From Chiloscyllium plagiosum (lineage: Eukaryota): a stretch of 64,000 nt of DNA. Shown here piece by piece: positions 10,731 through 24,109 of this stretch (its first letter is position 1; each line of letters opens with the position of its first letter). The notes beneath the pieces are model-generated. The model was not told the DNA's origin, searched no databases, and worked only from the letters and a program-made list of their open reading frames with translations. The stretch spans positions 31,476,831 to 31,540,830 of the forward strand of contig NC_057720.1 in assembly GCF_004010195.1 (NCBI RefSeq), given 5' to 3'. The position numbers and the translations under genes are program-made.

Positions 10731-12119
10731 CTAGCACTTTAGTTCTAGGCACCTATTAATAAAGCCAAGGATACTATATGCTTCATTAGCTGTTTTCTCC
10801 ACTTGGTCTACCAGCTTCAGTGATGTGTTCGCATTCAATAGGATAATGGTTCATCTAATTTTTTTTTTAATCTCAACTCCGATTCTTGCACTCCCCCCCC
10901 CAATAATCTTTCATCCCTTTGGTTATTACCTCTGCCTTTCTTCAAAGAAACTTGAAGATTCTGCATCCACTGCCTTTAAGGAAGGGAATTCTGAATGCAC
11001 TCAACATTCTGAAAAATGTATTTTCCTCCTTTCTCTTTTAAACTATGAAGATTATGTGCAAGAATGTGATTGTGTGGTGATGTGGAATTCTAGATATCAG
11101 CAGTTAGACATCCAAATTGGAGAACAATGCATACCACTCCAGGTGGGTATAAAGTCACCAGATCAGAATGAGTTGTCAAACTGATGAGGCATTGTGTTGG
11201 ACTTTGAGTAATTAGTCAGTAAACTCTTCACTTGTTTAATTATTGAATTGATGACATTGTGTGTAAATATATTTGGGTTTTTTTCTTTAGAAGGGGAGTA
11301 TTGCAGTCAATATACAGGATGTGGCTTTCTCTGGCTAGAATGCCATTTATTACCCTTGACTAAGTGGTGAGCTTTTGAGATGTGCTCCAGATATGTCTGT
11401 GCCATAGCATGTCACCTGACAATGTGAAGGCCTCTTAAGCTGTCTTGCTTGGGATCACTTGAAGCATCGCAAACTACATAGTTGGGTAGATGATTGTGTA
11501 TTTTAACTGTACTGGGACATTATAGCTAGTTCAAGATTACAAGCCTTCAGTAACTGCAGGGATTGCAACCTATAACTTGATCCACTTTTGTAACTATAAC
11601 TTCATTTTAGACCAGACACAATACATAGCTATTTGTAATAAAAGTCTGGATTCTTCAATACTGCAATATCTGTGCTTAGCTTGTCTGGAGGGACCTTGCC
11701 CTTGTTCCCTCATCCCTATCTTATTGACTACTGCATGGAAGCACTGTCCTAAGTCAGTACTCCTTGACTCTGCAGCCAAATTGCTAACTGAGCTGGCAGA
11801 GTCCTTGAAGACCTATCTGGCAACCTGGGATGGCAGGTGGTGAGGGAACCAATAAGAGGAATATAAAGTTGACCTCCATTCCTGATGATCTACAAGTTGC
11901 AGGTATGTTGTCTGTGACTGTATTGATAGCGCAAAGCCCTCTAGGGATCAGGTTCCATTTCAATTCTGAAGATATTGTTGTGGCGTAACATTACCACCCT
12001 GCTAAATGGGGAGATTCAATACAGGTATTTCAAAACTAGTTATGTAAAGCAGCAGCAGAATTATATTTAACAATATGTTGCTTTATAGCCCAGCATATCC
12101 CTTGCTGGAAATAGGTTTG

Positions 12120-12250
12120 AAGCTTCATCTGGAGGCTCACTGATGTTACCTAGTATGGTGATGAAATGTCTGAAAACAAACCTTCCAGTTCAGTGAGCAA
12201 ACCTACATCCAGAACCTCAACCTGAGCTACAAATCTTCTCAACTTGCTAA
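12120..12250 (+). mobile_element. Terminus of a second Penelope-like family
   Basis: ggaggctcactgatgttacctag...gaaatgtctgaaaac...cctgagctacaaatcttctc matches the ends of the GIY-YIG-bearing copies at 14700, 16200, 17700 and 59850. Confidence 0.65.
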
Positions 12251-12637
12251 TATCGCTTGTTGTTCCAGCACCATAAGGTTGTGGTATTGGCCTTACCTGC
12301 ATTACTCCTCAATGAGCTAAGCATGATGAGAACAATACTAGGCACACTTAAAAATGAGGTGTAAATCTGATGAAGTTACTGTTTGGCCAAATGGTTGCTA
12401 AGTAGCTGAGTAGTAAACAATGCACTTTCATTCATTCCAAGAATTGCTTTGATCCTGACAAAATCCCTGTCGCTACTGAAGACTTGTAATTTTGAACGAA
12501 CTGTAATATCCCAGCACAGTTAAAATATAATCCTCTACCCAACAATTGGAAAATTGACTAGATATTTGATTATACAAAGGTCAAATCCAATTAAGGTTTG
12601 TTAATGCATCATCCATCTTTTTATTGATCATCCCTGC

Positions 12638-12910
12638 ATGGTGGCACAGTGGTTAGCACTGCTGCCTCACAGCACCAGAGACCCAGGATCAATTCCCGCC
12701 TCAGGCAACTGTCTGTGTGGAGTTTGCACATTCTCCCCATGTCTGCGTGGGTTTCCTCCCACAGTCTGAAAATGTGCAGCATAGGTGAATTGGCCATGCT
12801 AAATTGCCTGTAGTTTTAGGTGAAGGGGTAAATATAGGGGAATGGGTCTGGGTGAGTTGCTCTTCAGCGGGTCAGTGTGGACTTGTTGGGCCGAAGTAAT
12901 CTAATCTAAA
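12638..12910 (+). mobile_element. tRNA-derived SINE (HE1/V-SINE-like)
   Basis: ggtggcacagtggttagcactgctgcctcacagc A-box region, B-box-like ggatcaattcc, (TAATC)n tail. Confidence 0.8.
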
Positions 12911-13274
12911 GCATCTGCAAAGTAATGGAGAGTGTCTCGATAGTGGTATGGAGTGGCACTTGTTTGAACAGTGTTAATCTGCTTGCTTTGCTTTGGCAGA
13001 CATCATTTTGGTGAAAACATTGATGAAAAAAGACAGGTGACAGTTATAGCTGATTACATTGGCAACTTTTTAACTGAATGCTATTCCTAGAACACTACCC
13101 CTAAAAAGATTGAAGTCCAGAGAACTCTGGCGAGATGGCTTGATGTAGTAGTTTTCAAGTTAATCCTATCCCAAAGGAGGAAGATTGGTCATTGGCCAAT
13201 CATCCCAGCAAGCGAACATCATTGCAAGAGTTCATCAGGATAACTTGATAGTCAACTTGTTCAGACATGATTTG

Positions 13275-13462
13275 GAGTGTCAGTGTTGGACTGGGTGTAC
13301 AAAGTTAAAAATCTCAACACCACGTTATAGTCCAGGTTTAATTGGAAGCACACTAGCTTTCGGAGCGTCGCTCAGGTGATTGTCACCTGAGTGACGCTCC
13401 AAAAGCTAGTGTGCTTCCAATTAAACCTGTTGGACTATAACCTGGTGTTGTGATTTTTAACT
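13275..13462. mobile_element. Fold-back insertion of a third short repeat family (Penelope-terminus-like)
   Basis: Inverted arms of about 80 bp centred near 13379; diverged 18-bp direct repeats ttgttcagacatgatttg (13257-13274) and ttgttccgacgtgacttg (13463-13480). Confidence 0.7.
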
Positions 13463-14699
13463 TTGTTCCGACGTGACTTGCACATAGACTAAGTGGGATT
13501 TGAACTCTGATTTCCTGGCCCACCACAAGAGATGCTACCACTATGCCTCATAAGCCCTAATTATCTTAGGATAGATATTTCTAATCCTGTTGGATGCTCT
13601 TACTTATTTCTGGAGTTGGTGAGACTTCAACCCAGAACCTCCTGCTCAGGCAGGGAGGGATGCTATCTTTGTACCACAAAAACCTTGTAGAGGAATGCAG
13701 ATATATTTTCACTTTCAACCTGTTCAAAGATATTAATCCATCTGGAGTAGGAAGGGATGGAACCAGGACACCACTACACCACAGAATGCTTGGGTTCTTC
13801 AGGATTTTTATTTTGAACAATCTTCAGACCTATGTGATGCAACCAGAGCAAGGATGACTTGAACGTAGGCCTTTGACTCAAGTTTTATTTGTACTAGCTC
13901 TAAACAGTTTCTTTTAATATTGGATCTGAAACTGAAAACAATACACTTTTTTTTTAATTAATATCTTGCAGAAAACCCAAGCAATAGTTAAAAGTACACC
14001 AAGCCTTTCTATGAATCTTAAACTAATCCTCTAGAGATTGACATAATGGATTCATTAGTGTGGGGTTTATTAAATTTCAACCACAAATTCCTATAATAAT
14101 GAGCTATTCTCATTTTGGAGATTTAGCTTGCTGAGACCATAAAACTACTTGTACTTTTTGCATTTATTTTGGGGACTTTTAACTACAAATGGTAGTCGAG
14201 TTATTTTATGATGTCACAATAGCTTCCTCGTAATGACCTGAAGATTATGTAGGTTGTGTTGTTGATCTGTCATCCATCATTTTGTAATGCAAGCTTGAAG
14301 TTATTTAAATATCATCTTGAATTGCTAAAATCTTTTTGAAACCTTGGTAAGTGGCTTTCTAGAATGAGTGGCAATAGTAATCCAATTCATGACTTTTTCA
14401 ATGTTGCTGTGTAAAGATATTCTAAGTTGTTCCAGATGAAATTTATTAAGATGAAATTTTGAAATTTGTAATCTATCCAGTGGATTGAGTTGTTGAAGTA
14501 AAGCTTTGCAAAATAAGTTGTTAGTTTACATATTGAATGCCTACATTGACCCGGGTTATCGTGCTGATTAGTACATGTAGGAAAAGATTGGCAGCTTTCT
14601 ATGTTGCAGTCCACATGAAAACATAACTTAATGTGATTTTTCTTTTTCTACTTGCAAACTGGTTGCACTATTCTCGAAGAGGAATTGATTTTTACAATT

Positions 14700-16305
14700 T
14701 GAGTAGATTTGTAGCTCAGGTTGTAAGTTTGCGTGCTGAGCTGGTAGATTTTTTTTTGTCACCATGCAAGGTAACATCAGTGAGCCTCCGATGAAGCACT
14801 GGTGTTCTGTCCACTCGCTATTTGTCTTGGTTTGTTGTGGTGGTCACATCACTTCCAGTCCTTTTCTGAGAGGTTGGTAATGGGGTCCAAATTGATTTGG
14901 TTTGTTAATGGCATTCAAACCAGAGCTCCAGGCCTCTAGGAATTCCTGCGCATGTCTTTGTTTAGCCTGTCTCTGGCTGGATGTATTGTCCCAATTGAAC
15001 TGGTGTTCCTCTTTGTCTGCATGTATGGATCCTAGTGATTGTTGATTTTTGATGGCTAGTTGGTGCTCATATATCCTGGTGGCTAGTCTCCTGCTGTGAG
15101 AAACAAAGCTCACTCAATTCAATAATTTGTCTGAGACAAGATCTGAAGCAGTAGTATCGTTTATTACGCTCTTGCAAGAGGGATGTGGTGTCTACTGTCC
15201 ACAAGACGCGCACACGCACTGAAATTAACGAGTACACAATATTTATGTAATTAGTTTCTCTTCCCTCCTCTCATTGCTCCTCCCCTGTTTACATTTCCCA
15301 CTACTCTTGTTTATCTCTGAACTCATCCGGCCTTGTTCGTGGCAAATGTTTATCTCTGGCCTCAGGCCGTTTGACCACATCCCTCTGTGGTCTTCACTAC
15401 CATCTGTTTCACTTGTTTGCTTGCCAAAGCAACCTTTTCCATTTATCCTTTGCCCATACTGGGCCTTATGACCTCTTGATTGTGTTTTGTTCTTGTTTTC
15501 GCAGAAGCGGGAAACAAATGCTTATAACTACTGTTTATACAGGCATATTTAGCTTAACACCCTCCCTTCACAGCACTTTATCTATTTGTCTGTAGCATCT
15601 ACCATTGTTTGCAGGCACATTTCATTCTTGTATGCAATTTTAGCTAATACTAAAGTAATTATATATTTCCTTCATAGTTTTCATTCTTGTTAACTCAGCT
15701 CTTGGCTGAAACAATTATACACAGGTGTGAGTTCATTTACCTTTCATAAACAATTTGATTGCAGAAGTAACATTGCTTTACCTATATCCCACACTGCCCA
15801 TCTGCCCAATGTAATGTTTGTTGCAGGATGTTTTTGTAGATGTTCATTCTGCTAGTTGTTGGTATGGGACCCTTTTTTAAATTCATCTGGAGTCCAATAA
15901 ATTCAAAACATTACATTGGGCAGGAAACTAGCCATCAGGATACATGAACACCAACTAGCTGCCAAAAGACATGACCAATGTCACTAGTTTCCATACACAG
16001 ATGAAGAGAGGGACACCAGTTCAACTGGGACAACACATCCATCTTGGGACAGTCTAAACAAATGCACATGGGAATTCCTAGAGGTTTAGCATTCAAATCA
16101 GAACTCCATTAACAAACATTGATTTGGCCCCCATTTACCAACCCCTCAAAATGAAACGGGAGTGATGTCACCCACCACAACAGACCAAGACCCACATGTA
16201 GCAAATGGGACAGAACACCAACACTTCATCTGAGTCTCACTGTTAGCTACCATTGTGACAAAAGCTCTAAGAACAAATCTACCAGCTCAGTGAGTAAACT
16301 TACCT
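14700..16305. mobile_element. Penelope-like element, inverted (tail-out) pair of GIY-YIG 3' fragments, interrupted by a solo LTR
   Basis: The minus arm (14700-15094 plus 15794-15870) and plus arm (about 15905-16305) both encode YIG...RKLA.RIHEHQLA...HQFNWDNTSILGQ.KQ...EFLEA. Confidence 0.8.
15095..15793 (-). mobile_element. Solo LTR (Gypsy/ERV-type), 699 bp
   Basis: TG...CA termini with imperfect inverted ends (TGTGAGAAA / TATCCCACA); 4-bp TSD CTGC at 15091-15094 and 15794-15797; minus-strand AATAAA near 15161; cleanly splits a Penelope fragment. Confidence 0.75.
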
Positions 16306-17269
16306 GGAAACGTTTTTAGTTGGCTGGACCTCCGACATGGGATTGAATTGTTTGTCCCCTATGCTTTTTAACGCAATATTTTAAAGTACCATTCCTAAAC
16401 AATGGTGAGCATAATACTAAAAAATTGGCCAATTAGCCACTGTATAAGAGAGGAAACGTGCATATTAAAGTCTAAAAATTGAGGTCAAATCTTCAATTAT
16501 TTCAATGACGATGCCTTGAGCAGCAGAGACTTTATTGACTGAATGGCATTTCAGTACTGTGATTCTGAGCACATTCTTCCTAATATTCCAAATATGCTGC
16601 TTGTGGTAGAAGATTGTACACAGAAACTCCAGCTCTGCTAATAAAATAATGACATGATGCAGCACTTGCTCAATCTTTAGTTTAGGTCATTTGATAAACT
16701 TTTTTTTTCTTTTGCTGATGCTTATTTTTGTTATCGTGTCACAACTGAAATTTGAAGTGAATTAACTCAATACAGCAAGCTTTGTTTTAACCAGGACCTT
16801 TATAGCCAGCACTCTTAAATAAACAAAAATTATATACCTCAAACACTGTTATTTTGTTCCATTATTAGTTTTCTTTCTTGACCTCAATGTAAATATTTGT
16901 TCAATCAAATGGCCACAGTTGATTTTCGATTGTCAATTTCTCCAATACTGAGAGAACAATGTCGGAGTCAGTTGAGGGTTTGTTTTTAAAGATAAAGTTG
17001 CATTCATAATGATTTATACAACATAGAAAAGTGCAGCCCATGATGTGCCAAGGTTTAATCCTAATGTAAAATGTAATAACTTAACCTACCCACCCCTCAA
17101 CCCACTGCTATCCATGTGCATATTGCTGTAAATGTAAGTGATGTTTCCATAACTTTTTGAATTGATAATGTATACTTGATTATCTGGAATATTTGATCAA
17201 CTGGTGCACTTCTGGTCCCCATAGTTGTTGGTTAATTAAGTTTGCTGTTCATCAGTAGTTTTTCTTTAA

Positions 17270-17752
17270 AAAGGCCCTTTACCAACAACCAGCAAAACAA
17301 ATATCATCATTTACAAAATACCCCCATGCAAGAACTGTAACAAACACTACATTGGGCAGACAGGCAGAAAACTAGCCAACAGGATGCACAAACTCCAACT
17401 AGCCACTAAAAGACATGACACTATCACTAGTATCTGTACATACAGACTAAGAAGGACACCACTTCGACTGAGACAACACATCTATCCTAGGACAAGCCAA
17501 ACAGACATACACACAGGAATTCCTAGAGGCCTTTCATTCAAACCATAAATCCATTAATAAGCATATCTATTTGGACCCCATTTACCAACCTCTCCTGAGG
17601 GAAAAATAACAAGAAGTGATATCATCTACCTTGATAGACCAAGACACCTTAAATTGAAAGCAGGACAGGGCACCAGCACTGGTGTCACCAATCTTGATAA
17701 CGAAATGTCTGAAAACTAACCTGCCAGCTCAGTAAACAAACTTACAACCTGA
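17270..17752 (+). mobile_element. Penelope-like element 3' fragment (GIY-YIG endonuclease)
   Basis: Reads IYKIP.CKNCNKHYIGQTGRKLANRMHKLQLATKRHD...QEFLEAFHSN.KSINKHI, then the family terminus. Confidence 0.8.
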
Positions 17753-18117
17753 TTTTACTTTTGGGGGGGGGGAAAGGTAAAATTGCACTAGAAATTTTGA
17801 ATTCTTCTGCATTTCTGTAGCAAAATACTACCGAGTTACATTTGGTTTATGTAGTAAAGCTATGCTTCTGGATAAATTTGCACATCCAATATAATAACCA
17901 CTTTGTTTAGAAGTTTTTAAAAACTGTCTACATTTTAGTATTTAAAATTTTTTTTTTTGCATATATCAAAACATTATTATAACCTCGGCTTTGAAGGATA
18001 AACCTGAATGCATGGGGAAGTGTTGCCTAGAGTGGGTGAGAGCTTTAAAGATTTAGATTACCTTTTTTAGTTCATTTTTTGATTTATTAGCTCTGTTTCT
18101 CTTTCTCTTTCTGATAG

Positions 18118-18212
18118 GGATGATACAGGATGCAAGTATAACTGAATTATTTACAGATAAGTCCAGTGTAAGAGCGGAGTGGCTAGAGGGCAGCTTAAGT
18201 AAGGCCAAAGAG
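18118..18212 (+). CDS. KIF2C: Kinesin-13 exon 2 (GMIQDASITELFTDKSSVRAEWLEGSLSKAKE)
   Basis: Polypyrimidine tract plus atag|GG acceptor; donor GAG|gtaagg; 95 nt; keeps the frame; EW.EG...K.KE motif. Confidence 0.9.
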
Positions 18213-19047
18213 GTAAGGTTGTCTTCATAACTGCATGTTTTCTAGTTGAAAGGATATTGATCTAATGAATATTTCATTTAAATGGCTAAATACTTGCTGT
18301 TTAAGCTGAAACTGTAATCTATTATGAAAGCTGTCTATCACTGACCATATTTATTTTACATGTAAAATTTCTGAATTTTGGCATTTAAAGTCTGATATGA
18401 AATAGTATTTTCCCCAAACGAATATTTGAGCCTGACTTCTGATTTGCCTGCCTAACTTGTTAAAATCAAGTGACTTTTGAATGTTGCTTTATTTCATATT
18501 TGAATTTTAAAATTGCTTATCCACTAATGTGGATGTACTGTGAAATTCTCATTTGAAGTGTGCTTTGCTGAAAAGTTTGTGAACCAGTGGGGTAGACTTT
18601 TTTCTAATTGCCAGTGACAAAGCTACAAATTTACAGGAACTTGGTATGTTTCCCCGCACACTTCCAAGAGCCATCCTATAGCATTTGTGGGAGTAACCAT
18701 TTCATATCATTTACAGATGGTGTGAAATGGGGTTGAGGCTGACCAAGCTCCCTTAGCATGGGATCCTTGCAGCCAACAAATAATGGAAATTTTCCTTTTT
18801 TTTTTAAACTGAATTCAAATGTTCGAGCATTTAATACAATGTACCCTGTGCATAAAGTGAATTTTTCAGGTAGTTTCAGCAGGATTAGTTTGATAGTAAA
18901 AGAATAAGCCAAGTATTCTATTAACTCAAGTCTGGTCTTCCAATGTGCTTCACTTTGCAAAATAACTATTTTTAAGGTGTAGTGATCCTTTTCTTGTGTT
19001 TAATTTAAAAAAAGATGCAAATAAGTTCTTTTATTTACCTTTTTCAG

Positions 19048-19131
19048 ATTGACATTGAAAGCTTACTATCGTTAAATCCTAATTTAGTAGAAAAAATGCC
19101 ACCTTCAAACCTGCCAAGAAGAAACTCTAGG
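19048..19131 (+). CDS. KIF2C: Kinesin-13 exon 3 (IDIESLLSLNPNLVEKMPPSNLPRRNSR)
   Basis: ttttcag|ATT acceptor; AGG|gtaaga donor; 84 nt; ID.ES..SLNP.L motif of KIF2 proteins. Confidence 0.9.
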
Positions 19132-19323
19132 GTAAGACTTAAACGCTTAGCTCTTGCGTTCTGGTTTCCGGATAACAAATGCATTTCCAATTCTTGGACC
19201 AATCAAAAAACAGTCTACAAATAACAAAGTTACATGTAGAAATATAAGCTGCCTTTCCCTCATTGCCATAGATCTCAGCTGAACACTAAATTGATTTCAC
19301 TTAGTACCATTCTATTACTTTAG

Positions 19324-19532
19324 GGTTAAAACAATGACTGCAGATGCTGGAAACCAGATTCTGGATTAGTGGTGCTGGAAAAGCACAGCAGTTCAGGCAG
19401 CATCCGTGGAGCAGAAAATCGACGTTTCGGGCAAAACCCCTTGATCAGGGATAGGGCTTTTGCCCAAAACGTCGATTTTCCTGCTCCTCGGATGCTGCCT
19501 GAACTGCTGTGCTTTTCCAGCACCACTCTAAT
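19324..19532. mobile_element. Short fold-back Penelope-derived insertion
   Basis: Inverted arms centred at about 19450; 17-bp TSD ccattct(a/g)ttactttag at 19307-19323 and 19533-19549. Confidence 0.85.
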
Positions 19533-21061
19533 CCATTCTGTTACTTTAGTCTATCTCCATGCAATAAAGAGTTACAACCATACTATTTCCCAATTCTAGG
19601 CTGTAGCAAAAAGAAATTCTATGCAAATTTACACAACAGTGTAAGGAGGAAATGCTGCTGTAATGTCAAAGTTAAAAGCTGCAGGAATTAAAATGGGAAT
19701 CCTTATCCATTATCTTAACACATTAATTCTAATGACAGTGAGGAATCTTTGCTATTGTATTGTGAATAATTATGGTGTAAAGGACAAGGATCCAAGTTTA
19801 TCCAAAGTACACTCAGGAAAATTTACTACTTTTTGTGTTTCCTATCCAAGAGGAAGTAGGCACTACTGAATTTGGTTTCAAACAAATGCTAGATCAGGTT
19901 GATCCGTTATCAATAGGAGACAATAGTTAGAAGGTAATGATCCTAGTTTAGGTTTACTAAAGAAAAAGGCCATGAGAAACCCAGACCAAAAGTAACTATT
20001 CTCAGATTTTTAAGGAGTGAAAACTGATTTGACCTGGGTTCATTATAATCAAAGGTAGGCAAAAAATGTAATTGAAAATAAGTTGCCTAAAGAGCTGATA
20101 CGTTCACTTTGGGGAAAAGGTAGGACACAGTCTGTCATTTCCAATGGTGAAATAGAAAGATGAAGCAACAAGTGCATATTGGTGATATCAGGTTAAAATA
20201 AAAGTGGAAGCTGAATAAATGAAATTGAGGGAAGGTAAGAAAGGCCAACAAAGAATCCAATAACCTTTATGAACTTAGCTGATATCAGAACCCAGGCTTA
20301 ATTTGGCTTGATGGGTCATGTTTTGCTTTTTTTTTAATTGAAGTGGTCTTTCACTGAAGTAAAGCATGCAATGGTCTAGATTTGTTTTCACAATAAAGCT
20401 TAATTTAATTGCTTAAAAGAAGTGATTCTGAAATAGACTATACCAAACTTCTTGGCCCTTGCTTCCCTCAAATGAACACAGACCCTATCTACTAGGGTCT
20501 ATATAGAGCCAAGAAAAAGCCACGCAGAAAGCTCATCAAATTATGCAGAAATGGAACACTGATTTCTGATGTCTTATTGACTAGATTTGCGGTATGACAT
20601 TTAGTACTTAGTGAGGTATGGATATCATCAGCAAGGCTAGCACACTTTTCTGCTTTTTTTTTAAAACCTTGTGCTGAATGCCTTGCTCTGCTATTTCAGA
20701 GCAGTTAAGCCAACCACATTTTACTATGGGTATGAAGTTGTGCTGCAGGAGTCTCTGACACAAATTGTCCTCCAGCTTTGACAGCGTGTGTGGAAATTTA
20801 TTAAAAGTTTAATGGATAAAGACTTGAAAGCATTTTTTACTATCTAAATGTTCAACATGAATATATATTCTAATGGGTCTGATGTTCAATATGTGAAACC
20901 TCATTGATTAAATGCTTTGCTAGCATGTCACTCCCAGCCATTCAAATTGGAGCTTTCCAAGTTCTCTGGTGTGCTCTGTTGTACTTCAGAAATAAGTACT
21001 GTGTGAATTTATTTAATGTGTGAACAGAATGCATAACATTATATGGGAGACATTAAGCCAT

Positions 21062-21375
21062 TGGATTGGATTAGATTAGATTAGATTACAGTGTGGAAAC
21101 AGGCCCTTCGGCCCAACAAGTCCACACCGACCCGCCGAAGCGCAACCCACCCATACCCCTACATTTACCCCTTACCTAATACTACGGACAATTTAGCATG
21201 GCCAATTCACCTGACCTGCACATCTTTGGACTGTGGGAGGAAACCAGGGCACCCGGAGGAAACCCACGCAGACACTGGGAGAATGTGCAAACTCCTCACA
21301 GTCAATCGCCTGAGGTGGGAATTGAACCCGGGTCTTTGGCGCTGTGAGGCAGCAGTGCTAGCCACCGTGCCGCCC
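21062..21375 (-). mobile_element. Near full-length tRNA-derived SINE (HE1/V-SINE-like), young copy
   Basis: tRNA-like head (gggcggcacggtggc...gggttcaattcc) on the minus strand; (TAATC)n tail; possible TSD AGCCAT; nearly identical to 50405-50668. Confidence 0.85.
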
Positions 21376-21551
21376 AGCCATGAAATAGTTTAAATAGTAA
21401 TGTATTTACTGAACATTTCTGGTGTATCATAGTATGTTTCTGCATGCAATCTTGTCTGCAAGTTAGTGTTTATGACCTGGAAAAATGATTTTTCACCCTC
21501 CCTTTGCAAAAAGTTCAAAATGGATGCTGAAAGAATAATTATCATCTTCAG

Positions 21552-21600
21552 GTCCCAAGACGTGAATCTGTTCTCCCAAGGAATGGGATTGCAAAGGAAA
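21552..21600 (+). CDS. KIF2C: Kinesin-13 exon 4 (VPRRESVLPRNGIAKE)
   Basis: cttcag|GTC acceptor; AAA|gtaagt donor; 49 nt; bridges phase 0 to phase 1 as required between exons 3 and 5. Confidence 0.75.
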
Positions 21601-23343
21601 GTAAGTTGGATTTTACACCAGTTCTGATGTTGTATGGTTTGCTTGATTATTACTTTGACAGCTTGAAAGAAACAATCCTTAAGTTTAAACAGATTTTTGA
21701 CTTTTTGTTAAAATAGATTGAACCTGATCCAGGCAAAGTGATTAAATTATTCTAATTCATCGAATATTTTAGTTTGAGAAACAATTTTGGGGGGAAGGAG
21801 GAGAATCAACAAAGTGAGAAGGGCACACACTGAAGTTGTGTATTGAATTTCAGAAGGTCATTCCTTAGAGCAATTTATTGGCTATTTGTAGGACTGAATT
21901 TTAAAAAACTCATTGTAACTTAAATTAACTTTAACGGAAAGTCTGTATAATTTTGAAAATCGGTGACATAAGCAGTCCAAGTTCTTGTCTGTAAATCTTT
22001 GACTGGAGTTTTATCTGCTGCAGATGGCAGCAGTTACTTTTCAAATTTAGGTACTGGATTTTTATACTTTTATGCTGTACAAAAGAGCTCTGGTCTTGTT
22101 AATCTTTTATAACACTTTTTTTTTTTCTTTTGTTAGTTCATTTTAATCATTTAACATGAAGCAGCTTCAATTGGTGCCTTCCCAAAGGAAGCTGCAACAC
22201 ACACGAAAATAAACATTGAAAGTTAATCAACCATTTACTTACAAGCAAATGGGGTTTGGGGCAGGGATGGAAGACAGTGGTAAACTCTTGTACTGAATCT
22301 AATGGAGCTTTTTTAAAAATTTGCCACTGATTATTCCAGAACCTGTGCTTGATTCTGATGTTCCAGGTAAAGTTTACTGTCTGCATTTTGCTCTGTAATA
22401 ACTTTTTTTTGTCTCCTTTATTCTGTATCCTGATCACACATCTAGTCAGTTTGGAGCACTTTCAAATGTTGTCTGGATTTCAATCTAAATATTGTTTTTA
22501 AAATGTTGAACTATACTGGGTAGGCACAAGTCTTTTACAAAACTGTTGGTGAACTGTAGTAGCTCACTGGGAATGCAGTATGTTCAAACATCTTTAGAAA
22601 TCCCATGTTTGTGGCCACTTCCACTATCAATACTTTTCTTCATAAAACATTAAGATACAAGTTGGGGTCTACTTTTGTAAGGTGATCCGATGGCATGCAA
22701 AGGGCACAAATTCTCCATAATTGTGGGAAAACTGGTGAAATAATTGTATTTTTAAAGTAATCTCTAATGGTGACCAGCTTACAGTTGCATTGGGTGGCAG
22801 TTCTTGGAATGGGCATTTTTGTATGCAGTACTACATTTTGGGAATAAATTTAGATTTTGCTCAAAAATACCCTTTTTTGTTTTTAAAGATGTGCTTAAAA
22901 CCAAGGAAACTGGCATCTGTTTTCTTGCAGATGTTGGCAAACATACTTTGGAAACTAATGGGTTATAATGTACAGGACTGCTACTTGGATAAAATTTGAA
23001 GTTGTATTTTAGATCACTTATAAATCTTCCTCTGTTCTCAGCCAAAAGGGGTTGAAGGCCTAAAATATTTCAGATTACTTTTCATAAAAAAAATTCTGGT
23101 TGGAATTGGTTTTTCAAAAAAAAACAGCTAGAGTTAAGATTTACTTAACATTTCACTGTCAATGCTCCTGTAATCTGGTAGTACCTCTGGGTGAACTTGT
23201 CAACACTGCAAATTGCATGCTGCCTATTGACTCTAGGCTAGTTGAGTGATAATTGGGCTATTTGAATTGTAAGGTTTAAAATTTTAAAGGAGAACAGGAA
23301 TGTGGGAATGTAACTTTTTTTTTTCCTTTTTGTTTCCTTTAAG

Positions 23344-23451
23344 TACCACGTTCCACTCGTTCAAGAACACAAGCCACATTGGAAATGCAAATTACACCCA
23401 ATTCTAGACTATCAGAAGTAGAACCTGTAATGTCCAAGACTCTTGCAACAG
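23344..23451 (+). CDS. KIF2C: Kinesin-13 exon 5 (IPRSTRSRTQATLEMQITPNSRLSEVEPVMSKTLAT-G)
   Basis: Long T-rich tract plus ttaag|TA acceptor; CAG|gtaaag donor; 108 nt, phase 1-1, open; RSTR segment resembles KIF2C RSRSTR. Confidence 0.7.
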
Positions 23452-24109
23452 GTAAAGACTTTGTTTAAAAATATTAACACTTGAATATTATAGCCATCCT
23501 CAAGCCCCCACTCTATTGGTTTAAAATGACATTGAGAAGGACATTTTAAGTTTTGAGGTGAAAATGTTTACCATATTTCTAGTTTATTATTTTCTAAGTA
23601 ATGTTTATCCCCTAGTAAGTTCCATAGTTTTTTTTTAAAAAACAAAAATTGTTCCTGTGAAAGCTGTGGAGGAATTCAAATTCATGCTACAAAGCATTTG
23701 GCTTTTGATTACTTGTCCAGTGATAATACTGCTATAATATCACCTATCTAAAACCCTACCATCTGAATGCTAGCAGATGCAAGCCTAACCTGTCCAATGT
23801 TTCCCCATATGACAACCTGCTCAGTCCAGATATTAGTCTAATAAACATTCTCTGAACTGTTTCTGACACAATTAAGTTTTTCCCTAAATGGGGAAATTAG
23901 TGTACACTATCTCCCAACGTGATCTCCTCAATGCCTTGTATAACTGAAACATGTAACCTCTATTTTTAAGTTCATTTGTTCTTTTGGAGAAGGATAGAAA
24001 TTCATCAGCTGCCTTGATAACTTATTAAACATACATCCTCATTTATTTGTCCACTAGAACCCCAGGACCCTTCCACACATTGAGATTTTATACTTGTCCT
24101 CAGTTTTAT

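Noticed and set aside
12135..12175. Hammerhead-like motif in the second Penelope family (ctgatgttacc...ggtgatgaaatgtc; also about 59870)
   Set aside because: The CUGANGA and GAAAC boxes are damaged in every copy here, so it is not called as a ribozyme, although the family consensus may carry one.
12638..12700. tRNA-like sequences (also about 21310-21375 and 52113-52180)
   Set aside because: These are SINE heads with A/B boxes continuing into the SINE body; no complete cloverleaf.
21091..21393. Similar ORFs of about 100 aa at 21091 and 50434 suggesting a small gene family
   Set aside because: Both are antisense readings of the same SINE; no coding signal.
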